A stretch of 64,000 bases of DNA. Source: Auanema rhodensis (lineage: Eukaryota > Animalia > Nematoda). Within the stretch, counting starts at the first letter, position 1. Every line of letters begins with the position of its first letter. The notes under the pieces are model-generated. The model was not told the DNA's origin and did not search any database. It was given only the letters and a program-made list of their open reading frames with translations. Made by a program: the position numbers and the translations under genes. Below are positions 51,836 to 64,000 of the stretch, piece after piece. Location: the NCBI GenBank assembly GCA_964057225.1, contig OZ059899.1, positions 13,950,001-14,014,000 on the forward strand, in the 5' to 3' direction.

Positions 51836-54800
51836 TGGAAGAAGTAAGTAGTATTTAAAATAAAATGGTGATGTGTATATACAAAGAAAATTGAAAAATT
51901 ATATGATAATTTGTAATATTTTGGTTCTCTGATGTAATAGTTCAAGTACCCGATTAGTATAGTTTACATATTAACTCAAATAGATAGAAAAAGAAATGTA
52001 AAAAATAGTACGAATATGGATATTGTTGGATGAAAATATATAAAATGTGAGAACTTGATTGATAAAAAATGAATGAAAAATCATATAATTCCAAAGATTA
52101 TATGTAATAGTACTTCATACTTCATATTATCTATAATATAAATCAGTTTTAATATATTTTTAACAAGATATTCTGAGAATACAACCGGTCACTGATGTTC
52201 AATAAAGAAAAATGACATTGATGCACAACACGTTACGTGGAAAATGGATTGTGACGCCAACGACGTTAGCATACAGAATGTAGTTGCGAGCAAAAAGTAA
52301 TAGCTGATATTTGTATCGATAAGGTTGCCTTCATTGCCACGTGAAAATGCTGTAAGGATTCACTGCGAAAGCCTTCAATCAAATTTGCATTCAGCTTTTT
52401 CGTTGGAAAATTTTTTTTCAGATTTTTATGAATTGGCGAAGATGACTAAAGCTAGGAAGAGCGAGAGATAAGCAGGCGATGAGAAGAGACAGTCTAAACG
52501 GACGGCAACAGCAACAACGTAGATCACAAGTTTAGAGTTCTGATGTGCTGTGAAAAAGAGACACAGATAGAGATTAGATGATGATGTTGAAGAAATGGAG
52601 CTGATGAAGGATGATGGCGACAGAGAGAAATAGAGAGAGAGAGAGAATGAGCATCAAGGACATAGTCAAGCGGACAACGAATAGCAAGATACTCGGATGG
52701 TTCTCCTGGGAATTTTGGAAGGAATAGGAGAAATTTTAAAGATGAGAAGAGACACAGAGAGATAGACAACGAATTAGACAGGAAAAGAGAGATAACGAGA
52801 GATTGAAGAAAGAGAAAATATTAGAGGGAAATTTAAGTAATAAGAGAGATATTGATAGAGAGAGAGAGAGAAAAGCGTGAGTACCAACAGGGCAACAATC
52901 TCATAAAGCTGGAGCATCATATTCATGTAGTAGAAGCATAGTTCGAGATAGCTTTACACCGGAACTCTAGTCATCTCCGGCTAGAACAATGGTCGTATAT
53001 GAATATGGATTTGGAAATATTATGCGTATAGTAGATAATCAGAGAGGACTATTGTCAATTTTAAAATTCATGAGCTTCGTAGATTGAAAGATGTATAGAT
53101 TGACCTCCAAACAAATGAAATCTGGCTTTGGATGTTGCAATACGCACTACTCTCATAAGCTGAATTAACATGTTTGAAATGAAATATTGAATTAAAAGAA
53201 ATTAAGGAGAATAAATCATTGAAATGATAGAAGAAACTCTTTTTCTTTTTTTTAAATACAAAATATGGTAATTGTTTGTATTGAAGAGACAAAAATAAAA
53301 AGAAAAAAAGGAAATTAGAATGAATAGTTCGAGGACTGGTATATGTTAAAAGCTGAAATATGTCTACCCAAAGATAGAAAGGAAGGAAGGAAGAAGAAGG
53401 AAGATTTAGAAGAAGAGAGGAAGAAGAAGAAGAAGAAACTTTAAAATGAAAATATAAAGATAAGCATGATGAAAACGTGAATGAAACATCAAAGATGCCA
53501 CTGAGCATCCTCAGTCGAAAATACATGAAAGAATGAAGTGTTCGATTAACTTAATTAGAAACAAAAAATAATTTTAGTTGGATTTAAAATAAAAAATAAA
53601 AAATAAAAAATAATAAAAGGCTGAAATGGATGAATGTGGCGAAAAATTGAAGAATAAATATGAAATAAATAATAAAAATTGATTATTTACTATGCAATCA
53701 AATAAGAGATTTAGCTGTTTTGTTGTTGTTTTTTTTTTTTTCAAATTTTTTCATTTATTTTAGAATAATAGCCATCAGATTATTATTAGATGAGAATTTT
53801 CAAAGCTTAATATTGATTATAATTATAATTTATTTATATATTTCAAATATAAAAAAAAAGAAGTACAAGTGAGAAAATAGTATTAAATGGAAAAAACAAA
53901 TGTTTTTTTATTCTTTTTAAACCATTGAATATACTTAGTTTAGTGACAACATATGACATAACCGTAATAGAAGCTAATCAGAAGAACAATAACAATTCAA
54001 AAATGATTTTTTTATAAATATATAAACATTTATTTTGTATTTTCAATGCTTAAAATGCAAAAAAAAAAAAAAGAAATGAAAAAGGAACAAATTGAAAGTT
54101 TCACATACATTATTTCAGTTTTTGAGAATGTTTCCTGAATGTTTTTTTTTTGTCTTTCCATAATGAATGTTTGAATCGCGAAAAAAACATCATATATCGT
54201 TAGATGGGAGAAGATGATCATTTTACAAATTTTAGTTTCAATTAACAATTCTTTTTCCTCCTTTTTTTGAAGAGAACTGAAAGAGACATTGAGAAAGATA
54301 GAGAGAATGAGAGGAAATCAAGAAGAAGACGAGTTTTGTAAAATGAATACTTGGCCTCGGCTCAAATAGGAAGAATCTGAATGGTGCAACATAAAAATGC
54401 TGCTTGTTTCAAAGCTCATCTATGAGATTAAAGTTATCGAAGAGCAAAATTGGTTGGTTGAGCTCATCCATTCTTAACGACAACGAATTGATTTGGTGAC
54501 CAATATTTCTCGATATATTGTGTAGAGAGAGAGGACAAAAGATAGATAGATAGATAGAAAGAGAGAGCGAGAGAGAGAAAGAGAGAGAGAAAGAGAGAGG
54601 GAATGAGAAGAAAATGACGATAAACCGTTCACGGCGAATGCATATGCATGATGACTGCAAGATCATTCTCACGTTTTCTCGCTTGAAAAATTCATTTATG
54701 TAAAACAGATTGAGATGAGAAACTTGGTAATTTCATCGAAATTAATAATTAAAATTACGTATAACAAGAATAGTTAATATAGTTAATATCATGTGAAGAA

Positions 54801-57800
54801 GAGTACATCATTTTATGTAAAACTTGTTCAGAAGAAGATGAAATGGCAGGATGAAAAACTACCATGTGTGTGTGTGTGTGCGTGTGTCTGATACTCCAAT
54901 CGTATTTTCGGTAGACAAGCAAAATAGAAAATGAGTTGCAGATATCCGAAAGAAAGAGAAGAGAGAAGGAAGAACTGACAAAGAGACTGGCCAATTTTCT
55001 ATTTGTGGTCTTGATCCGGAGGAAGCTCCGTTGGCGAGAACTGTGGGTGTTTAATCTATCTGGATTGGCTACATCTCATCAGAATGCATGAAATGAAAAG
55101 AAGGCATGGGTTATAACCCAACACGTTAGTTCGTCACATAAAACATAAGAAAGATTGGATCCAAATAGAGCAGAGAGAAACATCATGATCCAGTTGTTTC
55201 ATTGATGCACAAAAAACTAATAAAATATGAATGAATGATGGAGATTATCTATGATAATCAAATGAAAAAACAGAAATACAAACATCAGCACACAGAAGAT
55301 GATGAAGCTTTGATGCTGTTACGTAATCGTATGATGCTCACATGCTCAACAGAAAGACATATGAATAGAAAAATGGAATTTGAATACTCTTTTTTCTGAC
55401 GACGACAACATCGGGCGAGCATGATGGAATGAGGAGGACACAAGGACAAATTGGACAACAGAACTTTAAGGCCTGTGCATACAGCTTGAATTGGCGAAAG
55501 TTAGGCTGAAAACTTGCAGACAGAAGTTAAGAAAACTGAGAGAGTTTGCGTGTGCGAGAGAAATGAGAGAAAGAGAGAGAAAAGGAGGATATAAATTCGA
55601 TTGGTCCCGCTTTGCCTGAAGATGTCGAAAAGCTTAAGCAGTGATGACCTTAAGTTGAAACTATTGGGTGAGGTTGTTGTGGACGTTAGCGAAAAGGAAC
55701 AGGGGAAAAAGCAGCAGTAGCAGCGTAAGGAGCTGAACAATAAGAAAACGGGGAGTTACGAAATTGACAGAAGAATAAGGTGGTGTTGGTGATGCGGCAA
55801 TATTCGTTTATGGAAAGAATCATGATTCGTTCTCTTTCTCTCTCTTCTCTCTTTCCCTCCCTCTCTCTATTACTTTCTTAGCAAAGTGACAACAGAAACT
55901 GAAGGATAATAAATGAAGCAAATGGATGGACTGATGAAAGGAGAAGTAGAAGCGGTGATGGATTTGACGTCGGTACGACGATTATCTTCTTGCAACTTTG
56001 CATCATGATGACAACGAGATATCTGACGACATTCAGGAAAAGAAAAGCTGCTGCTGATCAAAGAAAAATGAAGACTGATAGGTAAGTAAGAAGTTCAATA
56101 CATCAAAATCAACAAGAGAGAGAGAGGGAGAGAGAGAGAGACAGAGAGGGGAGGGAGGGAGAGAGAAGGATTCATACAATCAGAAGACGAATACAAAGAT
56201 TATAGATTAGAGTGTCAACGTTCAATCAATTTATATTTATAACATTCATTTAATAATAATAAAAAATACAGATTAGAATAATAATTAGAAAATAGAATAA
56301 CAACGGTTCTATTTGTTTTCGGAAGGAAATTAGAAAAAGTGAATGTTATTCTTACTTTTTCCAATATTAAAATAATAAAAAAACCATATTGTAAGCATAA
56401 TTATACGAAAAAAAAAACATTTTTCGGTATAATTATGCTGTCTCCGCATAGTAATTTAAGCGATTAGCTGGATAGCGGCGAAAAAAAAAGGAAGACCACC
56501 CAAATGAAGAGCATGAACAACGAGTGGAACGTCGAATTCGTAGTAATGATGAAGAAATGCGAAAAGAGAAACTTCAGAAAAATAGGGAATAGCATGTGAT
56601 TTGTTTGAAATTCATTGTTACAAGCTCATTAAACAGACTGATGAAGTTATTTGGACGATATTAAGAGCTTAAAGAGGAATTTTTTCTTTTTTTTTGGAAA
56701 GAAAATAGATAGAGAAACTGAGTACTATCATCGTTCTAAGAAAAAGTTCGACTCGATTGAATCTAAAGTAACATACACACAGCTAGTTTGGTAGTTTGGC
56801 TACAAATAAGATTTAGATGTTGAAGAATTGAAGTGGAATAAGTATGTTTCTCTCTTGCTTCCCTATCATCACCAACCAGCGCTAACCACTATGACCACCA
56901 TCCTGCTTCTCCTCTTTTCCTTCGTATTCATAAAATCTCTCTCTCTCTCTCTCCCTCTCAATCTCTTTCTACTACTCATTACTTCCTTATGAGAGAATAT
57001 GGGAGATTTTTACCCGTAAGCTTTTGTGAATCGTCTTTTCAATAAGGTTAAAAGTCATTTGACAAGATTTTTGACTCAAGTTTGAGATAGTAAAGTCATA
57101 TTCAAACTTATTTTTCTCAAAAACTAGAAGAATTCGTCTGTTCCTATCATCATACTTCCAACAAAGAACAAAGTTTTTGAAAAATTTGCAACTTGATCTT
57201 AACACCTGCATATACATACTTCTATCTATCATTCATTCATTTGCAACTGATCAAGTTTCAAGATATTAATGCTCATATAGTCCAAGCAAAAGATAAAAGA
57301 AAGAATAAAAACAAAACAAAGAGAGATAGATAGAGAGAGAGAGAAATATCTTAAATATGGTAATTTCCATTATAGAATAGCTATGTATATGTATGTACAT
57401 TTCAAAAAAATGCTATTTTTTACACAAAAGTTATGTTTAATACAGATAATTATATGAAAAATATTATAATAATTACAATTCGTTCTCATCATCCCCATCC
57501 TCATCCTCATCCTCATCCTCATCATCATCATATCGTCATTGTCATTAACATAATTTTCTTTTCTCTTCATTATGTCGTCATTTATGATGATGACATCACA
57601 AAAAATAGTTAAAGTTTATTTATTTATTTACTATATACATATAGTTAAGTTTGAAAATTAAATAAAAAAGTTTGAAACATACCAGTGACAGCAACCGGAC
57701 GGCCGAACTTCTACATCTGTCGTCTCAATTCTTACCGACATTGTTGCAAGACGTATATAAATATAAATATATTTATATATATATGTGAATAGATTAATCT

Positions 57801-59572
57801 ATAATTTGAATTTATAAAAAAGAAGAAAAGAAAGAAAACGATATAAACTATATGATATGGTTATGATAATTCATAGAATAAATATTTTTTTTAAAACAAA
57901 GATCTGTGTTGAATAAAGAAAAGCATATAAGACGATGTGAGGAAATGCAAGAAGCTAAAACAAACAACAACAAAAAAAGTTAATAAACTAGCGAAATAGG
58001 AAGCTTGATTCGTTTGTATGGATGTAGCAAAAATAATTGATGATTTGTGTGCGAAAGGATGTAAGACTAATTTTATAAAAATATAATTAGCATAGTTAAA
58101 AAATATTGAAATACTTTAGAGCGAAGTTCCAACTAGAGGTGTATTTCATATATTTTTCAAGTTCAAGTATGACTTCAAGTTTACACAAAGATATTGGAGA
58201 AGGTTAAAAATGATAATACATCATATAATCTCTAGAGAGTTTTGAGAAGCAGAGAAGAAACGAATTGAATGAGCATGAGAGAAGCAGGAAAGACAAGAGA
58301 AATATGGAGAGAGTAATCGAACGAAGAGAGAAAATAAGGATAAGAAAGAGGGGAGATTTAGAAGGATTATTTTGCGACACAACTTTGAACTGGATATTCT
58401 TATTTTTTTTGTGTGCAAAGTGAGTTCAAATGGAGAAACGAATGGATCATGTTGGGAGACAAAAAAGAAGACGTAAGAGAAGACGTAAGAGAAGAAAAAG
58501 AAGAAGATTAATCATATATGCATGTAATAAATATGTATTTAATCGTTTTCTATTATTTATTATATAATAAAAACAATTATATATATATAGTTAATAGTTA
58601 ATAATATAGTTTATAACTATTTATAATTTATAATAAAAGTTATATTGTTATACTGTGCAGTGTGTATCAGGATTGATAGAGAAATGTCGTTCCATATAAT
58701 GCAACCGACACTTCACATATACATATCTCATAATGACTATACGTGTGAGATATCACGTGATTTTTATGCTAATTTTCACGTACATAATACTTTTATTGAT
58801 TAAAATAATATTGTAGAAAAAACAATTTAAGGTGCAATAAATTGAAAATTAAAAGAAATTGCAAAAAAAAGAGAAAAAAGAAAAATATCGAAACGTAATA
58901 GTTTTATAGCTTTATGAGAGATGTATAAAATGAGGAAATAGTTGAGGTAAAGCTAAGCTAAGCAGAGAAAGATATGTGAAATCAAGCATCTGTCAAGATT
59001 TATGCTGCCAGGTAAAGATGATAAGCTTGAGACAGCATTCAGGTAACAACTTGAAAATAAGTTTAAATCTTGTTTGCGGTTAGGAGCATAACCTATTTGC
59101 TTTTAAAATAAATCATATAGATAACTGTAGCTCTTGCTGCTGTGTCGTCGTGGTAAGCACGACAACAGAAATAGAATGTTAAACATGATCAAGAGAATGA
59201 AACATACATTGACATCAGCATCAGCATCATAACATTAGCTTTTTCCAATGAGATTATCAGTTATGAAATTAGAAAAATTGGCCACTCGTGATGCAATAGG
59301 TTATATAGCACAATAGATAGAATATATGATTAAGGCTGTATATAGCGGATGCGAAATTGATAACTTTATACAAACGGATATTAGAAAGTTGAAAATTATC
59401 TTTAAAAACAAAACAAAAATAGAAAAAAGTAAGGTTATGTGGCTATTTAGAGTGAAAAATGAGGTTAGAAAATTTAAATAACAAATTAGTTTTTGAAGGA
59501 AGGAAAGTAGTAAGACGGTAAAAACTATAATACCCTTAAGCCATACTTTACGATAGAAGGAGAGTTTGTAAT

Positions 59573-59608
<36 letters not shown>

Positions 59609-60295
59609 TCCCTCCCTCTCTCTCTCCCTTTCTTTGTAATTTATTTTCATAATTAAAATGAAAAGCATATAAACTTGGATAAACTAGACCTATGACCGTT
59701 GACCATTTGAATAATATTATATATAATTTTACTTATTTCATAAGATTATATCAAAACCTTTATAATGAATGTTAAGTTTATTAACTATATTATTTTAATT
59801 ATAATATGTTATCGATCATAATACATAAAATACGTATAGTTAGTAGTCAAGTGATTGAAAATATATAAATTAATGAGTTATACGTATATAGGAGGACCTC
59901 ACCTAAACATTAAAGTTTGAAAAATCTAAGAAATCAAAAGTATAATCACCTCTTTTTATCTTTTGTCTTAACTATATGCGCATGATTAACTATATAATCT
60001 CCTACACATTATATACTATTTCATCTGAATATGATCCAATCTTGTTGTCGTCACAAGATATCACATAGTTAAAAATTAAATAAATATAAATTAAATATTA
60101 GATTATATGAAATAGAACATGTGCGTTATGTAATATTTGGACCAAAAATTATGCGAAAACATAAGAAAAAGCGATTAAACGCCTAATATACTAACAATAA
60201 ATGCAGCAGATTTATCAGTAAGTATATAAGAAAAACATGATGGAATGCTATTTTCAACTTCATTTGTCTCCTCTATCTTTCAGTTACCCTTGTAC

Positions 60296-60299
<4 letters not shown>

Positions 60300-60343
<44 letters not shown>
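60300..60343. repeat. (CT)n microsatellite
   Basis: Dinucleotide run; another lies at ~61021-61051. Confidence 0.9.
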
Positions 60344-60347
<4 letters not shown>

Positions 60348-61015
60348 AAGCCCATTCTATCAAATCATATACATATAGTTATATATATACTATATATAAC
60401 TATATAATTATATCATATATTGTAAAATACCAATACAAATTAATACTTTAGAGAAGCTAATTTGAACAATATACTTGAATATCGAAGAAAATAATCATAT
60501 ACACCTTATTTATTTTTTATTTGTTGATTATACTAAAAAAAAGAAAATTATTTAACCCCCACAAACAAAATAAAAACAAAACATTTCAAATATTTAAAGG
60601 TTGGAAGATATAGCAAAATGTCTTGAAAAAGAGCTTTTTCCAACGGTTGTACTGAAACTGAGAAAAGACTTTTTCTTTCCTCTTAAGTATTTTTTTAAAT
60701 AAATTCATTTACATTACACAGTAAATAATACAAATATTTTTTTTTAAATGCATAAATTAAAAGAAAAAATGAAAATGTTTGAGACGATGAAGAATCTGAA
60801 ATGTTGGTCTAAAGCTCAAAGCTTTTTGCCCAAATTAAGAATTGTATTTGTGGAGTGCATTCTGATGGAAGAAGATTTTTTACTCTGAAAAGTTTTTCCT
60901 TTTCTCTTCTTCTCTCTGTTTCTCTCTCACATCCTTTTTTTTTCTGTTAGTCCGGCTCTGTTTGTTGCTCTCTGGAATGGCTATGAGTGATGTCGCCTTT
61001 ACCTTTTCTCTCTCT

Positions 61016-61054
<39 letters not shown>

Positions 61055-63909
61055 ATGTGTACATTCAAATGAATCCGAAATATTTTCATTGTTTTCCAAC
61101 TAGACATGTTCTCTCTTTGGTATTTACAAGTATTTCATTTTACATGGCTTTTACGTTTAAAAAAAATCATTTTTAGGTTAGATGAATGTGCTGAACGGTT
61201 GTACTTCCTCATTTACTACATTTCTTGGCAGGAAAAAATGTTTTATCCATTAGTTGAATTTGGAAGATTGAATGTAGAAATGGAATAAAGAGAAGAAATA
61301 CTTTAAAAAGAAGGTTGAGAACAGAGATACAAGTTTAAGCATTTTATAGAATATGTTGAACAACTTGAAAATCATTATTAGATCAACTATCCTATCTAAT
61401 CATCATAATTGCATGATTTCATAGTCGCCAATCAAAGAACTATTGGTTTTTTGTAAAAAACAAAAAGCAATATTGAGATATAAAATAGAAATAGCAGTAG
61501 CAAATACATACATCAATTAGGAAAAGCAACCAAATTTTTATTTTTTTTGAATAAAATGATTGAAGTGAAGAGACTGACTTGAAGTACTGCCGAAAAGGGT
61601 GTAGAGGTTACATTACAACGGAAAAGAAAGATTAGCAGAAAACGGAAATGAGTTTCCGAAACAAAAATCTATTGTTAATTTTGTATAATTAACATAATTA
61701 ATTTATTTTTTAACAAATGTCTTTTCTTGGAAATATTTAAAATTTTATATTGTTTACATTGTTAATTAAAATGAAAGATTTGAAGCATTGAATAAGATGA
61801 GAGAAAAAAAACGAATGAAAGACGATTTTTGGTGATGATGAAGACTTTTGAATCTTTCCAAAATTCTTCGACAACTCCTTCTTCAAGACTTTTGGCTTTC
61901 AAAAAAAAAGCTGATTTTTTGCCGTTTAACAACTTAACGTTGCTCATATTGCATACGAGTGAAGAAGAAAGTTCCAAAAATCGTCCAAGATGAATAGTTG
62001 GAGAAGAAGGAGAAGGAGGAGGAGGGATAGGCAGAAGCCGCGAATGGACGAATAATGCGTAGTACAAATGGAAATTAGCAGAAGGAAAAAAGTAAATCAA
62101 AAAATGAAATTTTTATTTTTGAAAATTTGAATCAAAAAATAAAAAATTTGATCTGAAGTTGATGAGGTTAATGAGGAAATTATCTTAAATGAGTTTGAAA
62201 AAATAATTAACAATAAAGATATATGGAAGCATCTAAACAGGGATTATCCAGATGATATGAATGACGACGACAGAATTCTGAAGGCTGAAACAACGCCCTG
62301 CAACACCCCCAATCCCCTTTCTCCCGTCCTTTTTCGTACCAAGCCAAAAGACAATAAGACTTGAGTGGCTATGTGATGGTGAAAGCTGCTCGAAGAAAAG
62401 CATATGAGAAAAGCTACTGGAACACGGAAAGCAAAAGCAACGATGATGAGAACGAAAATCAGAAGAATATCGTGAGGTACACATGTAGTCGTCCACGATT
62501 TCTCTGGGGGCTTAATGCGAATATTTCGGAAGATCTTTGAAAATCTACGACAAAACGAACGAAGGAACGAACGAGGCAAAAGAAGAAATTTTGGCAAATA
62601 GAAAAGAAATATGAAAGTAGGTAATACGAATGAAGAAGATGATGATGTCAGAAGATTCTTGTATATACATATATGGAAGAATATACGCAAATTGGAAGAA
62701 AAAGCATAGAGCAGATCTTTGGTTAGAAAGAAAGATTGAAAGTAACCAAAAATGATTCAGCAATTTAAGGCTTATAATCGAATTGAAAAATAGATTGGTT
62801 GGTGTGAAGTTCTAAAAGACCATAAAATACAGATGTATCATCTTATATTTTTTTTATTAAAAAATATTCAAATAGCTTTGTATTTGGTATAATATAATAT
62901 TATTTTTTGGAATTTGAATAAAAGAGAGAAAATTATTTGAAGCATAAGAATTGACATGAAATTATTAAAAATGAAATTAATTCTATATATGTTACATGTG
63001 ACTTAAGCTGTTTAAGTTATAAGAATTCATTTAATATGAAAGATGCTTCAATATGCTTTAAGTTTAAATGACCAAGTTGTTCACCTACATGTGCATATGC
63101 ACAGGCGTGAAGATAAGGCCAAGCTGAAGCTGAGGTTTTGACGCCGAGTAGGAAGATGAAGACACTGAACAAGATGATGAAGCTTTAAGATATTTAACTT
63201 AAGTATATTATAAGTAATTCAACAGATTCATATATTAGTTAAGTGGCTTTTAAAATATGAATTGAATTGTGTTATATATGCATAAACGGCTAACGATACT
63301 GGCAGAATATGCCTTTTTCGGATTTTTTCTTTGCTCAATCCTTTTTTCAAGTCATTACTTATTATTAATATCATCATAAGAGCATGAGCAGAAGCATCGT
63401 TGACGTGGAGGTGGCCAGACGACAAAGATGTTCCGTGTTCTTCAGAATTCATGTAACCCATGCAAGTTAACGAATGTAAGATGTTTACGTCATTCTTGTC
63501 ATCTGAAGTAAGTTGAAGAAGTGAATGAAGTTGTTCACTTTGTCTCACAACTACTGAAAGTTTAATGATGACGGAATTAATGTGAATGTAAGACTTTCTT
63601 CTTCTCCTTCTTATTCTGCTCCTTCGTCGTCTTCTTCTGCTTTTTTTCAACTTCAACAATATCTTCAACATCATCTTCATCTTCATCTTCTTAGTCTCTT
63701 TCTGTGGTTTTTTTCCTTTCAAACTGATTCAAATGATAGTAGAAGGTCAATTGAAAGAGATAATGAAATTGAGAATGGAAGACTTTCTAAGATAATCAGA
63801 TTGTCAACTGGTGGGTAGGCAACAAATGAAAATGTGCGATACAACAAGATAGTTTAGAGATAACAAAATTCCAGAGAATTAGAAAGACAATGAGAACTAG
63901 AGATATCGA

Positions 63910-63984
<75 letters not shown>
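63910..63984. repeat. (GA)n microsatellite
   Basis: Dinucleotide run. Confidence 0.9.
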
Positions 63985-63989
<5 letters not shown>

Positions 63990-64000
63990 TTATTTATATA

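Noticed and set aside
58982-59030. TTATGCTGCCAGGTAAAGATG resembles the miR-8/miR-236 family
   Set aside because: Seed mismatches and no convincing pre-miRNA hairpin.
56037-62364. Possible plus-strand exons (KRKAAADQRKMKTDR and DYPDDMNDDDRILKAETTPCNTPNPLSP...*)
   Set aside because: Phase-compatible but no start exon, no homology and a weak acceptor; likely chance.

Overview
AT-rich eukaryotic DNA from a nematode, probably a clade V rhabditid (TTTCAG acceptors, trans-splice-type acceptors just before ATGs, mostly 40-50 nt introns). 1-44 kb is gene-dense: an ATG14/EPG-8-like 3' end, sig-7/PPIL4, a GCFC/PAXBP1 homolog, syntaxin-17, a serpentine chemoreceptor, SAM decarboxylase smd-1, fkb-2, a fasciclin, a TINAG-like inactive cathepsin B, an ArgE-like M20 hydrolase, glycine cleavage H protein, an orphan repeat protein and a globin. 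Two tRNAs lie in introns. 44-64 kb is rich in (GA)n microsatellites and probably holds long introns and small 5' exons of the globin. The best candidate for a novel system is the spliced ~414-nt smd-1 5' leader. It has only one AUG, which starts a 17-codon uORF ending Arg-Pro-Pro-stop. In frame upstream lies an AUG-less 62-75 codon ORF ending in the readthrough context UGA-CUAG, followed 6 nt later by a 13-bp stem-loop. A tRNA-Leu sits in the intron between them. This suggests a polyamine-responsive switch combining non-AUG initiation, stop readthrough and ribosome stalling. All exon structures were read by eye; orthology and literature statements are from memory and unverified.
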